Shown: positions 17,170 to 27,632, counted from the stretch's first letter. The stretch: 64,000 bases of DNA from Candidatus Sericytochromatia bacterium (GCA_040400605.1 JBBAPZ010000001.1:147390-211389); one strand, 5' to 3'. Program-made: numbers and translations. The notes: generated from the letters alone by a model not told the origin.

Positions 17170-18993
17170 ATGCGGAGAAGCGTAATGGGTATTCAGTGGT
17201 TGGTCAGTTTTTTAAGGCACCCGCGCACGGAGCGAGTGTGCTTTGTGTTTTTTCTAGCTGCAACAGCGTGGCTGACAGGGCAAGTCGTGGGTCAAGAGCT
17301 GACTCAACTCGGCGTAGGTATCGAGTACTGGAACACTCCGATGGCCATCGTGCGTGGTTTCATGTACTTCGGCCAGTATACCTTGGGTGGTCCATATTTT
17401 TACTTTTTGGCTCTTATGGCATTGGTGTTGAGTCGTGACGTGTTGTCGTTGCCTGGACGATATCGCCAAGTAGGCCCTTTTTTCATTTCGATGACGGCGT
17501 TACTCACCTCCGGCTTTGCTGCGGTACTGGTTATTGGCTTTCTGGTCATTTGTTTTGAGGTCTTGCGACCGCGCGGGCGCACTTGGAACCTTTTGGCAGA
17601 ATGGGCCCAATCCAGTTGGGGTTTTTACCTGTTTCATCGCGTTTTGACCTATCAGCACAATTTTGGATTTGGATTCCCGTCTCGCGAAGACAATCGCTAT
17701 ATTTTGGCTGGGTTCTTGACTTTTTGTTGTTGGTTGATTGCAGTTGAGTCGCTCAAAAATTGGTTGAATGATAATGCATGGCAGTGGCCTGCGTTCGCCA
17801 GGCAAATTTCCTTGGAAGTCTTGGCCCACGGCTTTGCCTTGGCCGTCGCCTTGGTGTCAACGGCGATGCGCGGGGCGCAAGGGTGGGTCGGGGTGTTCTT
17901 GGTTTTGGTTCCCGCTATGGCGTTGGTTTATGGTTTTAATCTGTATACCCGAGTGCGAGAATCCGAACAGGAGTTGGCGGCGCGCAGTGCACAGTTGACC
18001 TCATTGCATACCATCACGCGACACATTTCCTCGCAGATTGACCTGGCGCAAACCCTCAGTGTTATTGTGGAACAGGTTCCCAAGGTTCTCAATTGCTCCA
18101 AATGCCTGTTGCTGTTGATGGATGCTAAAACTGGTGTATTGTTGACGCATTCGCGTCAGGACGATGCGCTGGCTGGTAGCTTGCGTGTGGCACCTGATGA
18201 CGCATTTGTACGCGAGTTGTTTTCCAATCCAGGCATCACCAATTATCCTGATTTGCGGGTTCATCCACAAATCAACCCGGCGTTTGCGGATTACGGATCC
18301 TTGCTTGCCGTGCCCTTGTTGAGCGAGCGTGAGGTAGTGGGTTTATTGGCGCTGGTGCACGTCACCAGGGATTTTTATGACACCGACGACGCGAACGTTT
18401 TGCAGATTGTGGCTTCCCAAGCCACCAGCGCGATCAACAATGCACAGCTGTATCGTCAAAGTCAGATGCTGGCGTACACGGACGGTCTCACAAAAGTTTT
18501 CAACCGCCGTTACTTTGAGGATCAGTTTAATAAGGAGATGGCACGTTCGAGACGGATGAAGCGGCCTGTTTCAGTTCTGTTGCTGGACGTTGATCACTTC
18601 AAAAAGTTTAATGATACCTACGGACACGCGACGGGCGACGATGTCCTGCGGATGGTTGGGCAAAGTCTGCCAGCAGCAGTCCGCGAAACCGACACGGTTG
18701 CACGATACGGTGGTGAAGAATTTGTCATCTTGCTGCCTGAAACCCCTCTGGACCGGGCCGCCGAGGTGGCGGAGCGTGTGAGATTAAAAGTCAAGGCAGC
18801 TGGGGTTCAGAGCGCCGACGGCGCCCTTTTAAATGTAACCGTCAGTATTGGTGTCGCAACCGTGATTGATGAAGACCTTAGTGGTGCTGATGTGTTGGCC
18901 GTTGCTGACGGCAATCTTTATCACGCTAAACGTCAAGGACGTGATCAAGTTTGTTGCATCGACGTGGTCGCCAAGCCAAGTGGCGTGGTTTAA
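17170..18993 (+). CDS. Membrane sensor diguanylate cyclase (multi-TM, GAF, GGDEF)
   Basis: Multiple hydrophobic helices, GAF region, DGLTKVFNRR, DVDHFKKFND, RETD I-site and GGEEF. Confidence 0.9.
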   Translation: MRRSVMGIQWLVSFLRHPRTERVCFVFFLAATAWLTGQVVGQELTQLGVGIEYWNTPMAIVRGFMYFGQYTLGGPYFYFLALMALVLSRDVLSLPGRYRQVGPFFISMTALLTSGFAAVLVIGFLVICFEVLRPRGRTWNLLAEWAQSSWGFYLFHRVLTYQHNFGFGFPSREDNRYILAGFLTFCCWLIAVESLKNWLNDNAWQWPAFARQISLEVLAHGFALAVALVSTAMRGAQGWVGVFLVLVPAMALVYGFNLYTRVRESEQELAARSAQLTSLHTITRHISSQIDLAQTLSVIVEQVPKVLNCSKCLLLLMDAKTGVLLTHSRQDDALAGSLRVAPDDAFVRELFSNPGITNYPDLRVHPQINPAFADYGSLLAVPLLSEREVVGLLALVHVTRDFYDTDDANVLQIVASQATSAINNAQLYRQSQMLAYTDGLTKVFNRRYFEDQFNKEMARSRRMKRPVSVLLLDVDHFKKFNDTYGHATGDDVLRMVGQSLPAAVRETDTVARYGGEEFVILLPETPLDRAAEVAERVRLKVKAAGVQSADGALLNVTVSIGVATVIDEDLSGADVLAVADGNLYHAKRQGRDQVCCIDVVAKPSGVV

Positions 18994-19161
18994 AGCCATC
19001 TCGGACGTGATAAGGCACTAAAAATTGCGGAGTCGACGCTGCCCAACCTGGGTATGTGCCGTCGGCTATGGTGGCTGCCCAAATTGGGTTTTTCGCTTGT
19101 CACGCGGTGCAAAAGTCAGTCTGTTCTGTCCCGAGTGAGGTTTCACTCAATGACTGGCGCC

Positions 19162-21855
19162 CTAGCGATCGCCTTCCTCCAGCGTACCGAGTGCGGCACG
19201 TGCCGCAGCCAGACGCGCAATCGGGACGCGATACGGCGAACAACTGACGTAATCCAGTCCGATCGCGTGTGCGAAGGCGATTGAGCGGGGCTCACCACCG
19301 TGTTCGCCACAGATGCCTAACTGGAGTGTGGCGCGTGTGGAACGACCCAACTCGCACGCCATCCGCATGAACATGCCGACCCCATCCTGGTCGAGTACCT
19401 CAAACGGGTTGTCCTGTAAAATGTGGTTTTGGAGATAACAGCCCAAAAAATGGCGCTCGGCATCATCACGGCTAAAACCAAACGTCATCTGGGTCAGGTC
19501 GTTGGTACCAAACGAGAAGAATGCCGCTTCACGCGCGATGGCATCCGCGGTCAATGCTGCGCGTGGAACTTCAATCATGGTTCCAGTTTCATAAGGGATG
19601 TCCAAGCCTGCTTCGCTCAGGATCGCTTGCGCGACCGCTTGGATCTGCCGCTTGACGGCAATCAACTCGTTCACGTGCGCAACCAACGGAATCATGATTT
19701 CCGGCCGCACCGCCATCCCGTCGCGAACCACATCACAGGCAGCTTCAAAAATGGCGCGCACTTGCATCGCATTGATTTCCGGGTGCAACAGCCCCAGCCG
19801 ACAACCCCGCAAGCCCATCATCGGGTTGAGTTCCTGCATGCGCGTAACTGTCTCCAGCGCAGCGTGGAGCGATGCCAACCGCAGGGGGTTTTTACCGCTT
19901 GCGCTTAAATCGCCAATTTCGGCGTGCAACTCTCCAATCGACGGTAAAAATTCGTGCAACGGCGGGTCAAGCAAACGTATCGTGACAGGCAAACCGCGCA
20001 TAACCTTGAAAATCTCGTAAAAGTCCTGGCGTTGCATGGGCAACAGGCGTTGAAGCGCAGCGTCGCGAGTTTTTTGGTCATCCGCAAGAATCAACTCACG
20101 CATGACTCCAAGGCGTGACTCGGACATAAACATGTGTTCGGTTCGGCATAGCCCGATGCCCTTGGCACCCAGTTCGAGTGCACGTTGTGCATCTTGCGGG
20201 GTGTCGGCGTTGCTGCGCACCTGTAGACGGCTGTGCTGATCCGCCCAAGCCATCAACCGTTCGAACTCAGGTGGTAGAATCGGGTCAACGAGGCCAACGG
20301 TGCCGTCAATCACCTCACCCGTGCTGCCGTTCAATGTCAGCACATCGTCAGCGCGCCAAACCCGTTCGCCAATACGCAAGGTATCTGCCATCAGATCCAA
20401 TTCCAGTGCATCACAGCCCGCAACACACGGAATCCCCATGCCCCTTGCAACCACCGCGGCATGGCTTGTCATCCCCCCACGACTGGTGAGTACACCTTGC
20501 GCGTGAATCATGCCGTGAATATCATCCGGGCAGGTCTCTTCCCGGACCAAAATAACTTTCTCCCCCTTTGAACCACGTTTTTGGGCCTCGTTGGCACTAA
20601 ACACGATGACACCCGTCGCTGCACCGGGGGATGCAGCCAAGCCGCGCGCAACAACGAGGGGTTGCGCCTGTGGATCCAAACGGCGATGCAACAACTGGTT
20701 CAAACTCTGGGGATCGATACGCAGCAACGCGTCTTTTTGATCAATCAGGCCTTGATCCACAAAATCCGTTGCTATACGCAAAGCCGCTTGAGCCGTCCGT
20801 TTCGCGCTACGTGTCTGCAACAGGTACAAGGTTCCTTGCTCAATCGTAAACTCAAGGTCCTGCACATCGCGATAATGTGTTTCCAATGTTTTTGCCAAAG
20901 CATTCAAACGCGTAAAAAGCTCGGGAAATGCGGTTTGAAGCTCGCAGATGGGATGCGGCGTTCGCACACCGGCGACAACATCTTCACCTTGTGCATTGAG
21001 CAAATACTCACCATACAATCCCGGCTCACCCGTGCTCGGATTCCGTGTAAACGCGACACCTGTTCCCGAATCAGGCCCCATGTTGCCAAAGACCATGACC
21101 TGAATGTTCACAGCTGTACCAAGATCCTCAGCGATCCGATGATACGCCCGATACGTCTTGGCCCGTTGCGTGTTCCAACTCTTGAAAACCGCTTCGATCG
21201 CACCACGCAACTGAACCATTGGGTCCAAAGGAAAACCGCAGCGCCGCTCGCGTACCACAACCGCCAAGAATCGCGGAATCAGCGCTTCAAACGCGTCAAC
21301 ACCCAACTCGTGATCGAAGCTGACGCCGCGTTCGTGTTTGCACTGATTCAGCACCGTTTCAAATGCTTGCGCCGCAATACCCATCACAACATTGCCATAC
21401 ATCGCGATGAAGCGGCGAAAAACATCCAACGCAAACCGACGATCACCACTTTGCGCCGCCATAGCAGCCACCGTTTCATGATTCAACCCCAAATTCAACA
21501 CCGTATCCATCATTCCCGGCATCGAAAAACGTGCACCGGATCGCACCGACACAAGCAAGGGACGCTTCGCGTCACCAAAAGCCCTTCCCGTTTGTTGTTC
21601 GAGTTGCGCAAGATAGCTTAGAATCTCCTCCCACAGTCCGACCGGCAACTGCTGTCCCAGCTCCAAATATGTTTGACAAACGCTGGTGGCAATTGTGAAT
21701 CCAGGTGGCACTGGCAACCCAAGACGGGTCATTTCAGCTAAATTGGCGCCCTTGCCACCCAAAATATCCCGCATCGTCGCATCGCCCTCATCAAAGCGAT
21801 ACAAACGCTTGTTCGGATCACCCGTCTTGGGCGTGACAAGCGACGGCCAACTCAT
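19162..21855 (-). CDS. ppdK: Pyruvate, phosphate dikinase
   Basis: LGGKGANL, SVRSGARFSMPGMMDT, GGMTSHAAVVARG (phospho-His), FSFGTNDLTQ, GICGEHGG. Confidence 0.97.
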   Translation of the reverse strand: MSWPSLVTPKTGDPNKRLYRFDEGDATMRDILGGKGANLAEMTRLGLPVPPGFTIATSVCQTYLELGQQLPVGLWEEILSYLAQLEQQTGRAFGDAKRPLLVSVRSGARFSMPGMMDTVLNLGLNHETVAAMAAQSGDRRFALDVFRRFIAMYGNVVMGIAAQAFETVLNQCKHERGVSFDHELGVDAFEALIPRFLAVVVRERRCGFPLDPMVQLRGAIEAVFKSWNTQRAKTYRAYHRIAEDLGTAVNIQVMVFGNMGPDSGTGVAFTRNPSTGEPGLYGEYLLNAQGEDVVAGVRTPHPICELQTAFPELFTRLNALAKTLETHYRDVQDLEFTIEQGTLYLLQTRSAKRTAQAALRIATDFVDQGLIDQKDALLRIDPQSLNQLLHRRLDPQAQPLVVARGLAASPGAATGVIVFSANEAQKRGSKGEKVILVREETCPDDIHGMIHAQGVLTSRGGMTSHAAVVARGMGIPCVAGCDALELDLMADTLRIGERVWRADDVLTLNGSTGEVIDGTVGLVDPILPPEFERLMAWADQHSRLQVRSNADTPQDAQRALELGAKGIGLCRTEHMFMSESRLGVMRELILADDQKTRDAALQRLLPMQRQDFYEIFKVMRGLPVTIRLLDPPLHEFLPSIGELHAEIGDLSASGKNPLRLASLHAALETVTRMQELNPMMGLRGCRLGLLHPEINAMQVRAIFEAACDVVRDGMAVRPEIMIPLVAHVNELIAVKRQIQAVAQAILSEAGLDIPYETGTMIEVPRAALTADAIAREAAFFSFGTNDLTQMTFGFSRDDAERHFLGCYLQNHILQDNPFEVLDQDGVGMFMRMACELGRSTRATLQLGICGEHGGEPRSIAFAHAIGLDYVSCSPYRVPIARLAAARAALGTLEEGDR

Positions 21856-22694
21856 ATCAACAACTCCTGAGGACGCGTCAGCGCAAGAATCTCCGAAGCC
21901 GTTTCTTCAATGGCCTTGTGCGTCACGTCCACAACGGGACAACGCAATCGTCGAAAAATCTGCTCCGCAAAGGTCAACTCTTCAACAATCTTGGCGCGAT
22001 CCGCATAGGCACTCTCCGGTGGCAAGCCCAAAGCACCCAAGCGACTGGTTCGAATACCGGTCAAAAACTCCGGCTTGACAGTCAAGCCAATCACCGTTCC
22101 CGGAGCCATCCGGAATAACACCGCCGGCGGTTCGTGACCGGGAACCAATGGCACGTTGGCTGTCTTGATTCCCTGATTCTGTGCGAGATACAAACACGTT
22201 GGGGTCTTGGACGTCCGCGATACGCCAACCAATACCAAATCGGCCTGAAGCAAGCCGTGAGGACTTTTTCCATCATCGTACTTGATCGCAAAATCGATGG
22301 CATCCATCCGTTTGAAGTATCCATCATCCTTCTGATGCATGGCACCGGCCTCGTAACGGGGTGCGCGCTGCACCTGGGTCGCAATCTCCGTAATCAAGGC
22401 GCTCAGCAAATCGACACTCGGCAAGCCAAGTGATGCACACGCTGTCTGCAAGGTATCGCGTAAATCCTCGCGTACAAACGTGTATGCGATCAAACATGGG
22501 CCCCGCCCAATAAGACGCAACAAATTCTGCAAGTGCTCCGTGCCCACAACCCGTGGCAATCGAACCAGTTTCAACGGTGCGTCCTGAAATTGACTCATTG
22601 CAGCCTTGCTCACCATCTCGGCCGTTTGGCCGCTGGCATCTGACAAGGTATACACCACGAGTGGATTTTCAAAGTCGACGGGGACTGCGTCCAT
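21852..22694 (-). CDS. PPDK/PEP synthase regulatory protein (kinase/pyrophosphorylase)
   Basis: SDASGQTAE, YDDG, GVSRTSKTP, ANVPLVP, AIEETA; 4-nt overlap with ppdK. Confidence 0.93.
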   Translation of the reverse strand: MDAVPVDFENPLVVYTLSDASGQTAEMVSKAAMSQFQDAPLKLVRLPRVVGTEHLQNLLRLIGRGPCLIAYTFVREDLRDTLQTACASLGLPSVDLLSALITEIATQVQRAPRYEAGAMHQKDDGYFKRMDAIDFAIKYDDGKSPHGLLQADLVLVGVSRTSKTPTCLYLAQNQGIKTANVPLVPGHEPPAVLFRMAPGTVIGLTVKPEFLTGIRTSRLGALGLPPESAYADRAKIVEELTFAEQIFRRLRCPVVDVTHKAIEETASEILALTRPQELLI

Positions 22695-22963
22695 GTGACC
22701 TCCTCACAACGACGATGACGGGCGACATTTATTATAAACCGGGTGATGCCGTTGCACTCGTTTTTTCGTACCAGTCACTATCAGTCACGATCCACAACAA
22801 TCTTTATGGGATGCTCACCCGTTCACCCCATGAAACGCCAACGGGTTGGCATCACGTGCTTCTTCGCCCTGACAGCCCCACGGCAACTCGGCGTGGCGAC
22901 AGCCAGACAATCGCACCTGCGGCGTCACAACGCGCAAGTTTGGATGGTGGTCGGCGCGTCTTT

Positions 22964-24208
22964 TTATTCGGCAGCAAGCGCCCGCTTGAGGTTGATTCGA
23001 CCGTGACCGGCATAGGGATCAACGCCGGTTTGAACAATGTCGTCAGCTGTTGCGATGAGCCTCTCGCGAAGCGTCTGGACAGTCCAGTCGGGATGGGCGC
23101 TTGACAACAATGCAGCAGTCGCACTGACGAACGGGGTTGCCATCGAGGTGCCACTCATCACACGATATCCGGTGCCGAGCGCGATGGGATACGTTGAAAC
23201 GATGCCTTCACCGGGTGCAGCGAGATCAACCCATTCACCAAAACTCGAAAACGTCGCCCATCCATCGCGATCCGTACTCGCCGCAACACCCACGGCGTCA
23301 ACATCCGCACCCGGATAACTCGGAATGTTTTTACCAGAATTGCCCACCGCCGCAACCACCAAAACATTCTTCTGCGCAGCATACCGCAAGGCATCGCGCA
23401 TCGCCTGGCTTTCCAGTGTCGACCCCCAACTGGCATTGATAACCCGCGCCCCGTGGTCAACCGCCCAAACGATCGCCGCCATGCTCGCCCCTGAAGTCGA
23501 ATGCCCAAAGCGATTAAAAATGCGCACTGGCAGCAACTTGACACCAGGCGCCAACCCTGCGATGCCCACACCATTGTCCGCCTGTGCCGCAATGATACCG
23601 GCCACGTGCGTTCCGTGACCATAAGGATCCTCATGGCCACCCGGCGCCCCATTGGGTACGGTCAAATCCCACCCCGGCAACACCTGACCCGCCAAATCCG
23701 GATGATTACCATCAATTCCGGAATCGATCACAGCCACCACCGTTTCAGACGTCCCACGCACCGTCCGCCACACATCCGACAGACCACACAACCGCCAGCC
23801 ATGCTGCACAGGCCACAGCGGGTCATTGGGCATAAGCGCCTCATTCGTGCGACGCATCACGCCTGCACGCACAGCAAGCCCCGTTGGCCGTTCGAGATCA
23901 ATACCCCGCTCAGGCTCCGCCCAAACAGCCCCGCGCACCGAGCCAGCCACCCTCGTCTGCCCTACGCCAAACCGATGAACCCCCAAACCTAACTGACCCA
24001 AATAACGCACACCCAACTCATCCGCCACCGCCCGGGGTGATACGCCAGGCTTCAATTTAATCAACTGTGTCTCAGTAGCACGTATCTGCACCTCACCGCC
24101 CAGCGGAGCAACCGCCGGAGATAAAGACACACGGGCGCAAGCGGTCATCGCTGCCAGCAAACACAACCACGTCACACACCGCAACCCTTTGAAATAATCA
24201 TTCAACAC
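22964..24208 (-). CDS. S8 subtilisin-like serine protease, probable lipoprotein
   Basis: Catalytic triad in AVIDSG, HGTHVAG and GTSMAT; N-terminal lipobox-like MTAC. Confidence 0.92.
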   Translation of the reverse strand: MLNDYFKGLRCVTWLCLLAAMTACARVSLSPAVAPLGGEVQIRATETQLIKLKPGVSPRAVADELGVRYLGQLGLGVHRFGVGQTRVAGSVRGAVWAEPERGIDLERPTGLAVRAGVMRRTNEALMPNDPLWPVQHGWRLCGLSDVWRTVRGTSETVVAVIDSGIDGNHPDLAGQVLPGWDLTVPNGAPGGHEDPYGHGTHVAGIIAAQADNGVGIAGLAPGVKLLPVRIFNRFGHSTSGASMAAIVWAVDHGARVINASWGSTLESQAMRDALRYAAQKNVLVVAAVGNSGKNIPSYPGADVDAVGVAASTDRDGWATFSSFGEWVDLAAPGEGIVSTYPIALGTGYRVMSGTSMATPFVSATAALLSSAHPDWTVQTLRERLIATADDIVQTGVDPYAGHGRINLKRALAAE

Positions 24209-24441
24209 GTTTTTTTAACCTGAATTTTCTGTTTACTTAATATTTTATCGCGCTATGAGTATAACATTGTTGAGATGGGGAGGCGATTGCTTGCCTAAAC
24301 TGATCCATTGTTTGCAACGCAGTACGGCCACTGGTTTAGTCGGCCTCGCATGCAAACGGTCACCAAACTGGCATCACCACAGTATTTGACACCGTCCGGC
24401 TTCACGACTCTGTCAAGCGGGCACTCAGGGCGCGATCGCTT

Positions 24442-24969
24442 TCAGGGAGATTGTGGCACATACGGGCGCCAGTGGGTCTTGGTTCGCACCAGAATGGCGT
24501 GGGGCGCAAGAACGGGGTGTGGGGTACGCTCCCAGCGCAGTCCGAATCCGTCATCCCGCTCATAGGCGAATTGAATGGCCGCCCCCTTGGCAGCATCTGT
24601 CCGGGCGGTTACGATGCCTTGCCAGCCAGCATATAGAGCACCGAGCAGTGCAAGGCCCATGCTGGCCACGACGGTTCTGTGACGCAACCCATCCCGCAGT
24701 GTGGGGGCTTTGGGGGTAAGCCAAATGGCGCCTTGGTTATCAATGAGGGTTAGGCCTTGCTCGCTCAAGCCCCAGGTGGCGATGGTGCCATCGAGGTCGG
24801 CTGCTTCATCGTTGGGCAGAACGATCCAGTGTTCGACGTCGATGATGGCAGGTTCCAACGGCGTGAGGCGTACTTGGCGCCAATCCCCAGACGCCTCGAC
24901 ACAACTGGTGATGAGCGCCCATCGCCTGCGGGGCCAAACGCCAGTTACAAACCAGGTGGCTGGGCTCAT
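24442..24969 (-). CDS. Hypothetical membrane-anchored protein
   Basis: One TM segment; ATGA overlap with the JAB gene; GGAG RBS. Confidence 0.55.
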   Translation of the reverse strand: MSPATWFVTGVWPRRRWALITSCVEASGDWRQVRLTPLEPAIIDVEHWIVLPNDEAADLDGTIATWGLSEQGLTLIDNQGAIWLTPKAPTLRDGLRHRTVVASMGLALLGALYAGWQGIVTARTDAAKGAAIQFAYERDDGFGLRWERTPHPVLAPHAILVRTKTHWRPYVPQSP

Positions 24970-26054
24970 GGTTGTTCTCCTTGGTTAACGAGCTGTAGCA
25001 GCCGATCCGCCACGCGTGTTTTGCTCGGTTCGCGCAGGGCAAAACGCCTGTTCCCCAGTGGGATGACAATGCCTGTTTGGGGGAGGGTGTCAACCAGTTC
25101 CGGCACGTTGAGATGCTGCGGCGTCGATTCCTGGTTGCTTTGAACCCAGAGCCACAGGGGACCGGTCAGATGACTGGCTTCGATGTCCGCGTAAGTCAAT
25201 TGGATCATCACGGTGTCATTCCCCACAAGCTGGGCACCCATGGTTCGGCTCAAATCAGGTGCTTCAGCGCCTGCAGGTGTCAATGCGTACAACCAGGACG
25301 TGCTCGGGGCGGCGAGCACCCACCGGAAAGCGTTTTCATCATTGGGACTCAAGAGGCGCGCGGTTTGGGTCGCCATCGATTGCTGTCTCAATGAAGCGCC
25401 CCACCCAAAGAGGAGCACACCAAGGATGGCGAGCGCGCCTGAGAGACCGAACACCCAAGCCAGAGGCTCCGGGCGACTGAAGCGGTGGGGCGGCTTGATT
25501 GAATCGTTCAAGCCGGTTGCGGGGTCGAAGCGTGCCTCACGTGCGTCGGGGGCATCGGGACCCAGTTGGCCTGGGCGTTCCCAATAATAGATGCCGGCTA
25601 ACTGGCTGCGGGGATCCACCACCATGGCCAGTTGAAATGGCAAGTTAAAATGCTGTTGATGGGTTTCTAAATCCGTTTCGGAGAAATAAACCCCGCTTCC
25701 TGAGTGAGTATGAACCCATCCCACGCAAGTCAGACCGTTCGGCAATTCTCCGGCTGGAATCGGAAAGTCGTGTTGATTCCGGGTCAACGCCTCAGCTTTG
25801 AAGGTAAACTCGCCCCTGTTCGAACGGGTATTTTCTGCCGGAACAAAATCCTTGACGATGATCCGAAACAAACCCTCCTCATTCGTGCGAACCGTGCCAA
25901 TCAAAAAAGCGCCCAATTCCGCTTCCAAGCTTTTGCGCGCCCAAGACCACAAGCGCGTAAGCAGTGGACGCGCTATCTGCAAGGTGATGGGACCATCGTT
26001 TTGCCATTGCCACAAACGATTCAAGGTGGTCGCTCCCTCCCAGTCACCATTCAC
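24966..26054 (-). CDS. JAB/MPN+ (Mov34) metalloprotease with TM helix and C-terminal domain
   Basis: ELGAFLIG (catalytic E), VGWVHTHSGSGVYFSETD (HxH-x7-SxxD), AMVVDP; TM LAWVFGLSGALAILGVLLFGWGA. Confidence 0.85.
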   Translation of the reverse strand: MNGDWEGATTLNRLWQWQNDGPITLQIARPLLTRLWSWARKSLEAELGAFLIGTVRTNEEGLFRIIVKDFVPAENTRSNRGEFTFKAEALTRNQHDFPIPAGELPNGLTCVGWVHTHSGSGVYFSETDLETHQQHFNLPFQLAMVVDPRSQLAGIYYWERPGQLGPDAPDAREARFDPATGLNDSIKPPHRFSRPEPLAWVFGLSGALAILGVLLFGWGASLRQQSMATQTARLLSPNDENAFRWVLAAPSTSWLYALTPAGAEAPDLSRTMGAQLVGNDTVMIQLTYADIEASHLTGPLWLWVQSNQESTPQHLNVPELVDTLPQTGIVIPLGNRRFALREPSKTRVADRLLQLVNQGEQP

Positions 26055-26380
26055 CGGTGAGTGCCAACGCTACACAGCACCACCCGCCCATCGTAATCAT
26101 TGTACGACGGTTCGAGACGTCATAAAACCAGAAAGTCTTCAAAACAGCGTTTTGGATGCTTGTTTCAGGGCCCCTTGTCCGGAAACGGACCCAGCACGTC
26201 ACACGGATCGAAAAACTTGAAGGGTAAGATCCTGACTTGGTTTGCAGGATTACTTGCCACGAACCGTCAAAGGCCCGGTCTGAGCAATGCGGGTGCTTCC
26301 TTTGATGGTTTTCCCTTTGGTCGGTCGATGATTAAGCGGCTGGGGACAGGGGTAAAATAGGCAGGGTAACTGGGGTTCGG

Positions 26381-26887
26381 GTGGGTGACATGCAGCAGGC
26401 TTTGATTGTATTGACCGGTCAACATGTGGTGCAACCCGATGGCATCCGTGCCATTCAGGCAGCCGTTGCGGTGTTTTCGACTTGGGGTGGTGTGGCATTC
26501 ATCGCTTACCACGATGCTCACCACGGTGCGCAATTACGAAAAATCTTAAGCGCGCCCCTGCCTCGATTTTTCCCCCAGGTGGCGCGTCCGGTTCTTGGCG
26601 AGCGTTTTACGCAAGCGTTCGCCTACACATTCATTCAGGGCTTTGACCGCGTTGTTTTGATGAATGAACCCGTCGCAGGCTTGCAAGTTGGTGATATTGC
26701 ACGATGGTTCAGCGCACTTGAAAGTGGCGGCGTGCATATGGAAGAGGCAAACGGTGCCATCGTTATCGGTTTGAAGCGTGAGTATTTCCCGTCGGTTGGT
26801 GCCGTCATTGAGGGGATTGCGTGGGATCAGGCCGGGGCGAGGGGCGAAGCCCTGCGGATGTTGTCCTTGATTGAGATGCAGCGATGA
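26381..26887 (+). CDS. Divergent DUF2064/glycosyltransferase-like protein
   Basis: PQ...LGERFTQAF...GFDRVVLM and a GIAW motif resemble DUF2064 proteins; the N-terminal KxP...KTRL motif is absent. Confidence 0.5.
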   Translation: MGDMQQALIVLTGQHVVQPDGIRAIQAAVAVFSTWGGVAFIAYHDAHHGAQLRKILSAPLPRFFPQVARPVLGERFTQAFAYTFIQGFDRVVLMNEPVAGLQVGDIARWFSALESGGVHMEEANGAIVIGLKREYFPSVGAVIEGIAWDQAGARGEALRMLSLIEMQR

Positions 26888-27339
26888 CTGGTGAACGGAT
26901 AAGCGTACAGGTTTTTAAGGCACGTGCGGCCGTGCTGCGCTTTGCCCGCGTGTTTCCGGGATTTTTGGCGGCGGCCGTCGCGTTATGGCTTTTGGCCTGC
27001 GCGATCGCCTGGTGGCTCAATGCGTGGTTGATGCCGGTGTTTATGCTGTTCCCTCTGCTTTCGGCGTTGGTGGGTTATTGGCACCTGCAACAAATGGCCA
27101 AACTTCAAATTGTGGTCTTGGCCGATCGTCTTCGCGTAACCCAAGGCAATCACATAACCCTTGATGCCGCGTGGCAACAAATGAGCCGGTTGACGGTTCG
27201 AACAGGAAAAAATGGCCCCATTTATGAGATTTGGCTCAAAAATACACCCATCGTTCTGCCGGTCGGGTTTGTGGATCGCGGCCCGGAGTTGATGACACTC
27301 GTCGCGCAACGTTCGCGGCGTGCGTGGGAATCGCTCTAA
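26884..27339 (+). CDS. Hypothetical membrane protein (2 TM plus bacterial PH-like domain)
   Basis: Two hydrophobic helices followed by a beta-rich domain; ATGA overlap with the upstream gene. Confidence 0.6.
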   Translation: MTGERISVQVFKARAAVLRFARVFPGFLAAAVALWLLACAIAWWLNAWLMPVFMLFPLLSALVGYWHLQQMAKLQIVVLADRLRVTQGNHITLDAAWQQMSRLTVRTGKNGPIYEIWLKNTPIVLPVGFVDRGPELMTLVAQRSRRAWESL

Positions 27340-27369
27340 AGGCCGGCGCTTGAAATCCTGATGGAGCAG

Positions 27370-27398
27370 TTGAAAGCGTGATGGGCTTGTGCTAAGCT
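27370..27398 (+). promoter_or_regulatory. Sigma70-type promoter of the 6S RNA candidate
   Basis: TTGAAA-17 nt-TAAGCT with an extended -10 TG. Confidence 0.6.
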
Positions 27399-27406
27399 AG
27401 GCCGCA

Positions 27407-27593
27407 TTCCAGTGGAACTCTCGTCGCTTGGTGTGTTTTTGCCTACATTTTTTGAACCAGGGAGTCCTTATCTCCGGTGGTGGCCGTAGACCTTCCGCGA
27501 AAGTTGAGAAGGAAACGATAAGCCACAGGGCGGACACCCACCTGCAACTTGCAGGGTTCAAAAACCGCCTTGCAGCCTGAGCTTCCGCTGGGG
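27407..27593 (+). ncRNA. ssrS: 6S RNA
   Basis: About 190-nt intergenic element; closing stem CCAGTGGAACTC/GAGCTTCCGCTGG, inner stem TTTTGAACC/GGTTCAAAA, GGGAG and GGCGGACACCCACCTG motifs, followed by a T tract. Confidence 0.75.
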
Positions 27594-27632
27594 TTTTTTT
27601 CTGCGGGTGCCGATGCGGGCGATTGTGACGCT

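Noticed and set aside
20581..21621. Long antisense ORFs (also 34428-35435, 37975-38886, 47534-48529, 56071-57081)
   Set aside because: They lie opposite well-supported genes and have no motifs, as expected for GC-rich shadow frames
24442..26054. CBASS or other ubiquitin-like anti-phage system
   Set aside because: No CD-NTase, E1/E2 or Ubl gene adjacent to the JAB gene
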